From NCBI GenBank assembly GCA_018829455.1, contig JAHJUB010000002.1, forward strand, positions 1 to 35,428: DNA of 35,428 bases, in the 5' to 3' direction. The notes below the pieces were generated by a model that saw only the letters and a list, made by a program, of their open reading frames with translations, searched no databases and was not told the DNA's origin. Source of the DNA: Candidatus Omnitrophota bacterium (lineage in GTDB: Bacteria > Ratteibacteria > UBA8468 > MWAK01). The first letter of the stretch is position 1. Every line of letters begins with the position of its first letter. Made by a program: the position numbers and the translations under genes. Of the stretch, positions 7,543 through 15,931 are shown piece after piece.

Positions 7543-8512
7543 TCAGCGCGGCGCCCTTGCGCAAATTATCGGATACCACCCAGAACGATATCCCGTTCTC
7601 TACGGAAAGGTCTTTGCGGATGCGGCCGACGAAAACCTCATCCCGGCCGGCCGCCAGGATTGGTAACGGATATAATAACTTGGACGGGTCGTCAATAACC
7701 GTCACTCCCGGCGCAGACTTCAGGATTTCAGTCGCCTCCGCAGCCGAAAGTTTTTCGGCAAAATCAACGGTCACCGCCTCGCTGTGACCGACATAAACCG
7801 GAACCCTTACGCAGGTTGCGGTAATCATCAGGGAATCGTCGCCCATAATCTTCCGGGTTTCGTTAACCATCTTCATCTCTTCCTTGGTATAGCCGTTTTC
7901 CAGAAAAACGTCTATCTGGGGAATGAGATTATGGGCAATCTGATACGGAAAAACAACCGGATTTACCCGGTTTCCTTCCGCCAGGGTCTTGATTTGGGAT
8001 TCCAATTCCACAATTGCTTTTTGGCCGGCGCCGGAAACCGCCTGGTAGGTTGAAACGATAATTCTTTTAATGCGCACCCGCCGGTGTAAGGGATAAAGCG
8101 CGCATACCATCTGAATCGTGGAACAGTTGGGGTTGGCGATTATCTTTTTCTCCGGACTTAGCGCATCTGAATTTACCTCGGGCACCACCAGCGGCACCGC
8201 TTCTTCCATGCGCCAGCAGGAAGAATTGTCAACTACAAAAATTCCTAATTTTGCGGCAATCGACGCATATTCCCGACTGATAGCGGTACCGGCGGAGAAG
8301 AAGAGCAGGTCAATATTCCGGTCAAATGAATCCGGGGTCAGACGCTCAATCCGAACCGGGTTGCCCCGAAAAGGAATGGTCTTCCCCTCGGAACGCGCGG
8401 AAGCAAAGAGACGAAGGGCCTCCACCGGAAAATTACGCTCCTCCAGAATGGAGACCATTCGTCGTCCTACGGCGCCGGAAGCGCCGACTACGCCGACTCT
8501 CAAAGCGCCCAA
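7484..8512 (-). CDS. asd: Aspartate-semialdehyde dehydrogenase
   Basis: 342 aa with the N-terminal VGVVGASGAVG Rossmann motif, the NPNCSTIQM active-site Cys region and SGAGQKA. TTG start. Confidence 0.95.
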   Translation of the reverse strand: MGALRVGVVGASGAVGRRMVSILEERNFPVEALRLFASARSEGKTIPFRGNPVRIERLTPDSFDRNIDLLFFSAGTAISREYASIAAKLGIFVVDNSSCWRMEEAVPLVVPEVNSDALSPEKKIIANPNCSTIQMVCALYPLHRRVRIKRIIVSTYQAVSGAGQKAIVELESQIKTLAEGNRVNPVVFPYQIAHNLIPQIDVFLENGYTKEEMKMVNETRKIMGDDSLMITATCVRVPVYVGHSEAVTVDFAEKLSAAEATEILKSAPGVTVIDDPSKLLYPLPILAAGRDEVFVGRIRKDLSVENGISFWVVSDNLRKGAALNAVQIGEVLLQKKFFRGSI

Positions 8513-8513
8513 G

Positions 8514-8741
8514 TTATTTCTTCTTTCGTAAAATTACCTTGTAATCGCGGGGACCGCGGGCAGGCACTTTGGTTTCCTGCACAATTACGTGCCCTTCCCG
8601 CGCCAGCCAGCCCAGACTCATTAAAAGGTAATCACGCGGGTCGTCAATATCCCGGCAGAGTTCCCTGAGCAGAGCGCCTTCCGGCTTCTTGTCCAGGTAC
8701 TGCCAGATATCACCAGCCACAAAACCAATCTTGGTAATCAT
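8514..8741 (-). CDS. Small winged-helix protein (DUF2582-like)
   Basis: 75 aa. The pattern VAGDIWQYL...LSLGWLAREGHV resembles the DUF2582 wHTH family. AAGGAG SD lies 7 nt upstream. Confidence 0.65.
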   Translation of the reverse strand: MITKIGFVAGDIWQYLDKKPEGALLRELCRDIDDPRDYLLMSLGWLAREGHVIVQETKVPARGPRDYKVILRKKK

Positions 8742-8754
8742 ACGGTCTCCTTCG

Positions 8755-8839
8755 GCGACCCTGAAAGGGTCGCACTACGTTCGGGAAATGTAGGGGCGCC
8801 ATTCATGGCGCCCGCGGGCTTGATGAATCAAGCCCCTAC
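8755..8839. repeat. GTAG-hairpin units: one single unit plus a 50-nt doublet
   Basis: Single unit: GCGACCCTGAAAGGGTCGCACTAC (8755-8778, head on the minus strand). Doublet: GTAGGGG-CGCCATTCATGGCG-CCCGCGGG-CTTGATGAATCAAG-CCCCTAC (8790-8839). Confidence 0.9.
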
Positions 8840-8850
8840 GTTTTATTTCT

Positions 8851-9075
8851 TCATTTCTTATTTAAATTCCCGCAGCGGGGACAGCGGGAAAACCGCTCGG
8901 CGATGCTGTCAATGTATTGATACAAACACAAACCGCAGGCCCACGCCCGATTTTCCTTTGGACTTAAATCGGCTGCCCGGCGCCGGCTTTCGCTGACCAC
9001 CCAGAGCAAGGACATAATTCCCACCCCAATCAACAGATAGAGACCCAACGCCAAACTTAAATCTATCGGTATCAT
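8851..9075 (-). CDS. Small membrane-anchored zinc-ribbon protein, hypothetical
   Basis: 74 aa with an N-terminal TM helix (LALGLYLLIGVGIMSLLWVV) and C-terminal CGLC...CPRC cysteine pairs. No family recognised. Confidence 0.55.
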   Translation of the reverse strand: MIPIDLSLALGLYLLIGVGIMSLLWVVSESRRRAADLSPKENRAWACGLCLYQYIDSIAERFSRCPRCGNLNKK

Positions 9076-9208
9076 GTTTCAATCCACGTTCCCGAGCGGG
9101 GAACGACATTTTCCCAAAATTTTCAGAAACAGCACCTCTCATCATCGTTCAATTTATTTTACCTCAAACTTTACCGATTTGTCCATCACAAGACGTTGTG
9201 AAATAATA

Positions 9209-9217
9209 TGCTATAAT
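9209..9217 (+). promoter_or_regulatory. Extended -10 promoter element immediately upstream of queF
   Basis: TGcTATAAT lies only 8 nt before the queF ATG (9226). No SD lies between them. Confidence 0.5.
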
Positions 9218-9225
9218 AATGTCAT

Positions 9226-9624
9226 ATGGCTAAGGGGTTGCGAAAAAATAACTACGGCTTAAAAGAAGCACAGAAAGGCCTCACGGAAAAACTGCCCGGC
9301 ATTGAAACCTGGCCCAACCAGTTCCCCGGTTACGAAATCACGATTATTTATCCGGAATTTACCTCGGTCTGTCCCAAGACCGGCCGGCCGGATTTCGGCG
9401 CCATAACCATCCGTTACCAGCCAAACAAGCAGTGTTTGGAGTTAAAATCTCTGAAGTTTTATTTTCTCGCCTACCGCAACCTGGGCATATTTTACGAAAA
9501 TGCGGTAAACCGCATCCTGAAAGATGTGGTTGCGGCCGCCAAGCCGAAATGGGTGCGGGTGACCGGAGAGTTCAACAGCCGGGGCGGAATGAAGAGTGTC
9601 GTAGAAGCAATCTATGGACTTTAA
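9226..9624 (+). CDS. queF: NADPH-dependent 7-cyano-7-deazaguanine (preQ0) reductase, type I
   Basis: 132 aa with PEFTSVCPKTGRPDFG (catalytic Cys) and the LELKSLKFY / YENAVNRI motifs typical of unimodular QueF. Confidence 0.93.
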   Translation: MAKGLRKNNYGLKEAQKGLTEKLPGIETWPNQFPGYEITIIYPEFTSVCPKTGRPDFGAITIRYQPNKQCLELKSLKFYFLAYRNLGIFYENAVNRILKDVVAAAKPKWVRVTGEFNSRGGMKSVVEAIYGL

Positions 9625-11455
9625 AGTTCTCTTTCAACCGGAAGGGATTGAATCTTCCGGTCTGCCCGGACTGACCGTACTGGAACTGGCCCGGCGGGCG
9701 AATATCGGCATTACCGCTTTCTGCGGCGGACGCGGAACCTGCGGTAAATGTCAGGTAAAAGTAGAACCGGCGCCGGCGCCGAATGAATTGGAAAAGAAAC
9801 ACATAACGCCGGAACGGCTCAAAGAAGGTTACCGGTTGGCCTGCCAGACGAAAATCATTGATTCTGATTTGACTGTCTTTGTACCGCCGGAATCCCGCTT
9901 TTTCAACCTTAAAGTCCTGGTCTCCGGACTTACCCGGGACATCAAAGTCCACACCTCCATCCGAAAATACTACCTCCAATTACAGCCGCCCACCATTGAA
10001 GACCAGCGGCCCGACTGGGAAAGAATGAAATCGGCAATATCAGCCGCTTCCGGATTCAAAGAGGACGATATTATCGCCAGCATCTACCTGCTCCGGCGGT
10101 TGCCGACCATATTAAGAACCAGTAATTTCAAAATAACCGCGGTCCTGGAGGGAAAACGCCTGATTTCCATTGAAGCCGGTGACACCGCGGGCCAATCTTT
10201 CGGCATGGCATTTGACCTCGGCACCACCACCATCGTCGGCTCACTGCTTGACATCAACAACGCCCGGGAAATGGCCGTAGCTTCCCGGCTAAACCCACAA
10301 TCAACATACGGCGCCGATGTCGTCAGCCGAATCAATCATACCATCACCGAAAAGAACGGCGCGGAAACTCTCCAACAGGCGGTCGTCGGGAGTCTGAATG
10401 AAATCATCGCCGAGGTCTGTCAGAAATCCGGCATTAGTCCGGAAAATATTTACGAAATTATGCTGGTCGGCAATACAGCTATGGAACACCTTTTCCTGGG
10501 ACTGCCGGCGGCGGCCCTGGCTACCAGCCCTTACGTCGGCGTCTATCAAGGTTCCATCAATCTACCGGCAAAAAAAATGGGGCTGGCCGTCAACCACGAT
10601 GCAGTAGTCCGGGTAGGACCGCTCATCAGCGGTTTTGTCGGCGGGGATACGGTAGCTGGTATCCTGGCAACCAACCAGCATCATGAAAGAGCTCTGCGCC
10701 TCTTTGTTGACATTGGAACCAACGGCGAGATTGTAGTCGGAAACCGGGAAGGCCTCTGGTGCACTTCCGCCGCAGCCGGGCCTGCCTTTGAAGGCGCCAC
10801 CATCCATTTTGGAATGCGGGCGGAACCAGGCGCCATAGACAAAGTTAAAATTACCGACCGGGTTCTGTGCAGCACCATCGCGGAACAACCGCCGCGGGGC
10901 ATCTGCGGAACCGGCCTGGTGGAAACGGTCAGCGAACTCCTGCGCTGCGGGATAATCAGTGAAGACGGACGCCTGAAATCCAGGTGCGATTTGACCGACC
11001 TGCCCAAAGAAGTCCTAAAACGATTGCAGGAAGAAAAGGGGGAGCGCCGGTTCGTTTTAGCGCCGGAGACCGGCATCGCCATTTTTCAAAAGGACATCCG
11101 GCAGTTACAACTGGCCAAGGCCGCAATCGCCGCCGGAATTCAAATTCTGCTGGCAAAAATTCCCATCTCTCTTTCCGAGTTGGATGAAATTCTGCTGGCC
11201 GGCGCCTTCGGTTCCTACATAGACCCGGAAGCGGCTTTACGGCTGGGGCTCCTGCCGTTGGTTCCGTTGGAAAAGATTCGTTTCGTGGGAAATACCGCGC
11301 TCACCGGCTCCAAGATGATGCTCCTATCCCAGGATATGAAGGATGAGGCGGAAAATATTCCGGTGGTCTGCCGTTACGTGGAACTTTTCCACGAAAAGGG
11401 ATTTATGGACCTTTTTGTGGATAATCTATCTTTCCCGATTCCAAATCTTCTTTAA
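9614..11455 (+). CDS. 2Fe-2S ferredoxin domain fused to an ASKHA-fold ATPase (RACo-like / DUF4445 protein)
   Basis: 613 aa. The N-terminus has the plant-type ferredoxin Cys pattern (CGGRGTCGKCQV...C). FDLGTTTIVG and DIGTNGE phosphate motifs follow, as in reductive activators of corrinoid enzymes. It overlaps the queF stop by 11 nt. Confidence 0.85.
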   Translation: MDFKVLFQPEGIESSGLPGLTVLELARRANIGITAFCGGRGTCGKCQVKVEPAPAPNELEKKHITPERLKEGYRLACQTKIIDSDLTVFVPPESRFFNLKVLVSGLTRDIKVHTSIRKYYLQLQPPTIEDQRPDWERMKSAISAASGFKEDDIIASIYLLRRLPTILRTSNFKITAVLEGKRLISIEAGDTAGQSFGMAFDLGTTTIVGSLLDINNAREMAVASRLNPQSTYGADVVSRINHTITEKNGAETLQQAVVGSLNEIIAEVCQKSGISPENIYEIMLVGNTAMEHLFLGLPAAALATSPYVGVYQGSINLPAKKMGLAVNHDAVVRVGPLISGFVGGDTVAGILATNQHHERALRLFVDIGTNGEIVVGNREGLWCTSAAAGPAFEGATIHFGMRAEPGAIDKVKITDRVLCSTIAEQPPRGICGTGLVETVSELLRCGIISEDGRLKSRCDLTDLPKEVLKRLQEEKGERRFVLAPETGIAIFQKDIRQLQLAKAAIAAGIQILLAKIPISLSELDEILLAGAFGSYIDPEAALRLGLLPLVPLEKIRFVGNTALTGSKMMLLSQDMKDEAENIPVVCRYVELFHEKGFMDLFVDNLSFPIPNLL

Positions 11456-11849
11456 CCTTGTTTAAAATTCCGTTGATAAACCGATAAGAATCCTCGCTGC
11501 CGTAGGACTTGGCCAGTTCAACCGCTTCATCAATACAAACCGCCGGCGGTATCTCCTCGTTCTTCCTGAGCATTTCGTAAAGAGAAAGGCGCAGGATGTT
11601 ACGGTCAATAACCGCCACCCGGTCCAGAGACCAGTTGGTTGCATATTGGGATATGAGACGGTCAAAATAGTCCTGGTTTTCCTTAACGCCGGATAACAGT
11701 TCCCAAGCGAATGCCTGCGTCGTTTTCTCCGCCGTTTCCTCCCGGCTAATATCCGCCAATCGTTCCTCAGCCCCCCCGGTCGGAAGCACTTCCAGCGAAT
11801 AGAGACACTGCAGCGCCAACTCCCTGCCTTTTCTACGTTTTCCCAACAC
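11403..11849 (-). CDS. nusB: Transcription antitermination factor NusB
   Basis: 148 aa with RRKGRELALQCLY at the N-terminus and IDRNILRLSLYEM / INGILNK motifs. It overlaps the RACo-like gene convergently by 53 nt. Confidence 0.92.
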   Translation of the reverse strand: MLGKRRKGRELALQCLYSLEVLPTGGAEERLADISREETAEKTTQAFAWELLSGVKENQDYFDRLISQYATNWSLDRVAVIDRNILRLSLYEMLRKNEEIPPAVCIDEAVELAKSYGSEDSYRFINGILNKVKEDLESGKIDYPQKGP

Positions 11850-11876
11850 ACACCTCGCTTAAAAAAGAATATTAAT

Positions 11877-12569
11877 TCAATCAACAAAACGATATTTAAC
11901 CAGGGTCCAGACAGCGGAAAGTCCGTCGGAAAATCTGATTTTTTTCCCTTCTTTTATCGTACGGGGATAATAGTGAATCGGCACTTCATATATTCTGTAT
12001 CCCCTTTTCCGCACCTTGGCCGTAACTTCAGGGCAAAATTCAAACCGCCGGCACTTTAAATCTAAATTCTGCAGAACTTCTCGCTGGAAAACCTTGTAGC
12101 AGGTGGGCTCATCGGTAATTCCGGCCCGGTAAAGAAGGTTGGTTAAAAAAGAAAGCAGTTTTCCCCCCAGAAAAAAACCAGGCGAAGAAATTCTGTTTTT
12201 ACTCAGACACCGGGAACCGTAAACAACGCATGTTTTTCCATCAATAATTGGCTGAATGAGCCCGGCATAATCTTGAGGGTCGTATTCCAGGTCCGCGTCC
12301 TGAATGATGACGATGTCGCCGACCGCCTCTTTTAAACCCGTGCGGATGGCCGCGCCCTTCCCCTGATTCTGAAGATGCCGGATGACCTTGATCGGGTTGC
12401 CGGAGTCCTGTTCCCGATTAACCTTATCTAAAATATGACCGGTTTTATCGGTGGAGGCGTCGTCAATTACAATAATTTCTTTAGTAATATTAACCGCTTT
12501 CACGCGCCTGATAATTTCGGCAATCGTCCGTTCTTCATTGTGAGCCGGGATAATAACGGAAATTTTCAT
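11877..12569 (-). CDS. Family 2 glycosyltransferase (polyprenyl-phosphate sugar synthase-like)
   Basis: 230 aa with the VIIPAHNEE, VIDDASTD and IIQDADLEYDP (DxD) motifs of GT2/DPM1-like enzymes. Confidence 0.88.
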   Translation of the reverse strand: MKISVIIPAHNEERTIAEIIRRVKAVNITKEIIVIDDASTDKTGHILDKVNREQDSGNPIKVIRHLQNQGKGAAIRTGLKEAVGDIVIIQDADLEYDPQDYAGLIQPIIDGKTCVVYGSRCLSKNRISSPGFFLGGKLLSFLTNLLYRAGITDEPTCYKVFQREVLQNLDLKCRRFEFCPEVTAKVRKRGYRIYEVPIHYYPRTIKEGKKIRFSDGLSAVWTLVKYRFVD

Positions 12570-13740
12570 TTTTTCTCAGACGTAGTATTTTCAAGCTTCC
12601 GCCGGCAATTGCGGCGGCCAGCGGCAAAACCGGAATATGATATCGCGGAATCGCCAGCAAAAACAGGTGGACGAAAGTAAAGTAAAATATCATCAAAACC
12701 GGAAGGCAAACCCGGACATTCCGCTCCCTCCAGGCCGAAAACACCCCGGAAAGAAAGAGAAGGAGCAAGAGATACTGAAAGGTAAAAACCAGTATTTTTG
12801 CCGCCGGTCTTTTGTCCAGAACCTGTTTCCCGCCCGGAACCTGCAGCCAGAACCGGCCAATTTTTTTCACACAGAGCAACGCGTAAGCCGCCGGGCGCTG
12901 TTTAATGTTTTTTACCCCCTCCGCAAAAAACTTTCGGTCCGCTTCAATCTGCGGAAGCCCTTTAACTAATTCTTCCGAATCGCTCAAGTCTTTCCAGTTA
13001 TAATCGCCGTTCCAGGGAAGGTAACTGCCCACCCAGAGATTAAAACCGCTCCCGACGGATACCGGGATAAAACGGTGGAAGACAAGGGCGTTGCGTATTG
13101 TCCAGGGCAGGATTGGGAGAGCCATCCCCAAACAGAACACGATGACCAAAAAAACGTTTCTTGCCTTTCTTGGCGAAAAAAAGAGAAACCCTGTTAGCAG
13201 GAAGAATGGAAAAAGAATGGTAACCGGCCGGGTCAGGGTTGCCAGTCCCAAAACAACGCCCGAGAGCAGCCATCCCTCTTTTTTGCTCTCGGCCTGAGCT
13301 TTCAGCAACAAGAGGACGGCGGCAGTTAATAAAAACGCGGTCAGGGTTTCCGTCAGGATATAAGAAGTGGAGGCAATCAGAGAAGGAGAAACCGCGGTCA
13401 GCAACCCTCCCAGCAAAGCCGGTTTTTTGTCTCCGAAGACCCTTTTCCCGATGAAAAAGGCAAACAGGCAGGTAACTGAATCCAAAAGAGCCTGGATAAT
13501 CCTTACCGCCGGAAAACTGTGGCCGAAAAAAAAATAGATGCCCGCCAGAAAACTGGGATACAGCGGCGGACGATTCAGGTTGGTGGAAAAACCCAGGCCG
13601 CTTAAAAGGCGCAGGGCATAATTATCATACTCCGGGGAATCGCCTGCATCCAAAGGTAAAATAATGACAAAAAGGAGGCGCAGCAGCAGAGCCGAAAAAA
13701 AGAGGCCCCACAGCAGTTTTTTCTCACTGATTTCTCTCAT
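12535..13740 (-). CDS. GT-C fold membrane glycosyltransferase (family 39 / ArnT-PMT-like)
   Basis: 401 aa and polytopic. The N-terminal loop motif (LPLDAGDSPEYDNYA) is typical of ArnT/PMT_2 proteins. It overlaps the downstream GT2 gene by 35 nt. Confidence 0.8.
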   Translation of the reverse strand: MREISEKKLLWGLFFSALLLRLLFVIILPLDAGDSPEYDNYALRLLSGLGFSTNLNRPPLYPSFLAGIYFFFGHSFPAVRIIQALLDSVTCLFAFFIGKRVFGDKKPALLGGLLTAVSPSLIASTSYILTETLTAFLLTAAVLLLLKAQAESKKEGWLLSGVVLGLATLTRPVTILFPFFLLTGFLFFSPRKARNVFLVIVFCLGMALPILPWTIRNALVFHRFIPVSVGSGFNLWVGSYLPWNGDYNWKDLSDSEELVKGLPQIEADRKFFAEGVKNIKQRPAAYALLCVKKIGRFWLQVPGGKQVLDKRPAAKILVFTFQYLLLLLFLSGVFSAWRERNVRVCLPVLMIFYFTFVHLFLLAIPRYHIPVLPLAAAIAGGSLKILRLRKNENFRYYPGSQ

Positions 13741-13749
13741 TCTTCAGCA

Positions 13750-14352
13750 TCACTTTTTGATTTCGGACTCTTTTACCTGCCAGGCGCCGTTTTCGTTTTG
13801 AATCCATTCACCATCATTCGCTAATTTTTGCTTAGCCTTAGCAGAAGCCGCCTGAACATTCTTAATCTGCGCCGAAGGCATATTATTAATCTTAACTGTC
13901 TCCCGATAAATTGTCATCCGGTCGCTGTTCTCCTCTTTTACCATTTTCTGAAGCGACGACACTTGCTTTCCGTCTAGTCCGGCGGTTGACCTTACATCCA
14001 AAAGTCCCTGGTTATTCTCGCCGAGGATCTTGTTGTCTTTGTAGCCCTGGATATCGGAAAGGCGTCCTCTTCTCCTCGCCTGCGCCTCATCAATGACCGA
14101 AGACGTGGTCTTCACTTCAGAAGTAATAACTGTTGTTTCCGCGTAAAGGGGTGCCGGTTCCAGAAAACGCCAGGGGCTCAAACGGCTCTGCTTTTTGGGA
14201 ACCACCAGAGAAGGAGCGGCCGGTTGAACTTGCAGTTCCAATCCCTCCATCGCCTTATCCAGCTTTTCCTGGGGAAAGGTAACGTAAACATTAACCACCG
14301 CACAACTGACTAACAATAAGGCCAATCCAAAAATCAATCCGATTTTCCGCAT
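13750..14352 (-). CDS. Lipoprotein with C-terminal DUF1318 (YdbL-like) domain
   Basis: 200 aa with signal peptide plus lipobox LLLVSC. The C-terminal half (GYKDNKILGENNQGLL...EENSDRMTIY...GEWIQNENGAW) resembles YdbL. Confidence 0.7.
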   Translation of the reverse strand: MRKIGLIFGLALLLVSCAVVNVYVTFPQEKLDKAMEGLELQVQPAAPSLVVPKKQSRLSPWRFLEPAPLYAETTVITSEVKTTSSVIDEAQARRRGRLSDIQGYKDNKILGENNQGLLDVRSTAGLDGKQVSSLQKMVKEENSDRMTIYRETVKINNMPSAQIKNVQAASAKAKQKLANDGEWIQNENGAWQVKESEIKK

Positions 14353-14365
14353 TTTATCCTCCTTC

Positions 14366-14393
14366 GGTCGCCATAGCCTTGGCGAAGGCGACC
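14366..14393. repeat. Intergenic hairpin sharing a 21-mer with the repeat array at 22343
   Basis: GGTCGCC...GGCGACC stem. The minus-sense sequence CCTTCGCCAAGGCTATGGCG matches plus-strand CCTTCGCCAAGGCTACGGCG at 22344-22363 with one mismatch. It sits directly upstream of the SD of the DUF1318 gene. Confidence 0.7.
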
Positions 14394-14399
14394 TGTATG

Positions 14400-15884
14400 T
14401 CAGTTACTAAAAACCTGGTTAAGACGCTGTTTCAAATCATCCAGTTTTATCGTATTGCCCTTGGGGTCCATAGAGATATTAACCGTATAACCCAGGAGGT
14501 TTCCCAGGAGAATGTAATCCCGGCCCTTCTCCCGCCGGGCAAGACCCTCAATACTCAGCAGTCCGTCCCGGTAAGTGACGGCTGCCTTTAATTTTCGGTA
14601 TCCATAATCGTTCCTGGCCAGAAACCCAACCGGAGAACCGGCGCTGATCGCCAGCAATACTTTCAGGGCGCGGACGTTCAGATACTGCCGGACGCCCTTC
14701 ACCGGTACGGTCTCAAAAAGAGCGCGCCAAGATTCCAGGCCGCTTTCCCCGGTCTGAAAATTATAGCCAAGGTTAGCGATTCCGGACATCTGCGCGCCAT
14801 TTCCATAAATGGTTGAAAGGGACAAAAGGTCAAGCCCGGACAGATTCAGATGACCGAAGATTGAAGGCTTTCCATTTTCGGAGCGTTGGACCGAAAAATC
14901 TCCGCCTCCGGCCGCCTTATAAAACGAAAATGAAACGTGGGAACTAAGGGTTCCGTTTTCCGAATCGTAGGTCGCTTTGCCAACGACCTTTTCCATTTTT
15001 AATCCCATCTTTTCCCGGACCGGCGCCGGCAGCGCTTCAATCAAATCCTCAAGATAAAAACCGTCGGAAGTAAAAGACAGGTCAAAACCTTTTTGGGTAA
15101 TGTTTCCGGTGAGGGATAAACTGCCGCCGGATTGGGTTAAGATACGCGCCGAGTTTATTTGACCGGAACCGGCTGCAAAATCGTAGAACCCCTGCGCTTC
15201 TCCGGAAAGAGGCGAAATTTTCTGTTCTTCAAAGCGGAGACCGGAAAAAATGACCCGGCCGTCAAGACGCTGGGCCTTCCACTGGCCGTCCGGACGTGCC
15301 ATCGCCAGCACAACCTGTCCCTGCAAACTGCCCTGCGTCGGAAGTGTTTTCAGCCCGAGAGATTTTTTCAGTTCCGCCAGGGAAACATCGGCCAGGTTTA
15401 TGGAAATCCGGCTGCTCTCCGTTCCCCTGGTTTCAATACGGCCGGAAACGGAGATTTCACCAACCTTCTCAATCCTTACCTTCAGGTTTGAAACTTCGTA
15501 GGAACCGGTGCGGAAGTTACCGGTTATCCGGCCGTTTATTTTTAACTGTTTAGGATTAGCAGAACCGACCTTTCCTTTTCCGGCCAGGGCGATTAAAACC
15601 GGTTTAAAGCCAGGGTTGGAGGCCAGGTTTTGAACGGTAACATCTGTAACGGAAAACGAAAACGGCGGCTTGCTCCAATCGGTAAAAACGATTTCCTCCA
15701 CAGTCAGACCGGGTCCCGAATGGAAGACCGGATTCAACAACTGTATCTTGCCCTTGCTGCCGGACTTCACCCGCCAGGCAAGATAATTGCCAGACAGTTC
15801 CGGAAGGTAATAACCGAAAAAGAAAGCGGTCATACCCACCAAAACCGCCAGGGTCAGCAAAAACGTTCTGTTTCTTTTTTTCAT
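14400..15884 (-). CDS. AsmA/YdbH-like envelope protein (single N-terminal TM, beta-rich)
   Basis: About 494 aa from ATG 15884 (MKKRNRTFLLTLAVLVG...). The track ORF starts at GTG 15941, overlapping comM. The functional call rests mainly on architecture and on adjacency to a DUF1318/YdbL-like lipoprotein, as in ydbH-ynbE-ydbL. Confidence 0.55.
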   Translation of the reverse strand: MKKRNRTFLLTLAVLVGMTAFFFGYYLPELSGNYLAWRVKSGSKGKIQLLNPVFHSGPGLTVEEIVFTDWSKPPFSFSVTDVTVQNLASNPGFKPVLIALAGKGKVGSANPKQLKINGRITGNFRTGSYEVSNLKVRIEKVGEISVSGRIETRGTESSRISINLADVSLAELKKSLGLKTLPTQGSLQGQVVLAMARPDGQWKAQRLDGRVIFSGLRFEEQKISPLSGEAQGFYDFAAGSGQINSARILTQSGGSLSLTGNITQKGFDLSFTSDGFYLEDLIEALPAPVREKMGLKMEKVVGKATYDSENGTLSSHVSFSFYKAAGGGDFSVQRSENGKPSIFGHLNLSGLDLLSLSTIYGNGAQMSGIANLGYNFQTGESGLESWRALFETVPVKGVRQYLNVRALKVLLAISAGSPVGFLARNDYGYRKLKAAVTYRDGLLSIEGLARREKGRDYILLGNLLGYTVNISMDPKGNTIKLDDLKQRLNQVFSN

Positions 15885-15931
15885 AATCCGGATAAATGAT
15901 AGCACATCGGACAGAGGAGAGGCAAAATAGG

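Noticed and set aside
8805-8996. 63-aa plus-strand ORF (MAPAGLMNQAPTF...), and the similar ORFs at 22321-22551 and 22479-22805
   Set aside because: These ORFs read straight through GTAG hairpin repeats. The same 'MAPAG' start arises from the repeat sequence ATGGCGCCCGCGGG at two loci. They have no SD, they have low-complexity composition, and they overlap better-supported features.
9076-9225. preQ1 riboswitch expected upstream of a queuosine gene (queF)
   Set aside because: I could not find the compact preQ1-I pattern (a short stem followed by an A-rich tail ending in ..AAAAAACUA). The -10 box lies only 8 nt from the ATG, which leaves no room for a leader.
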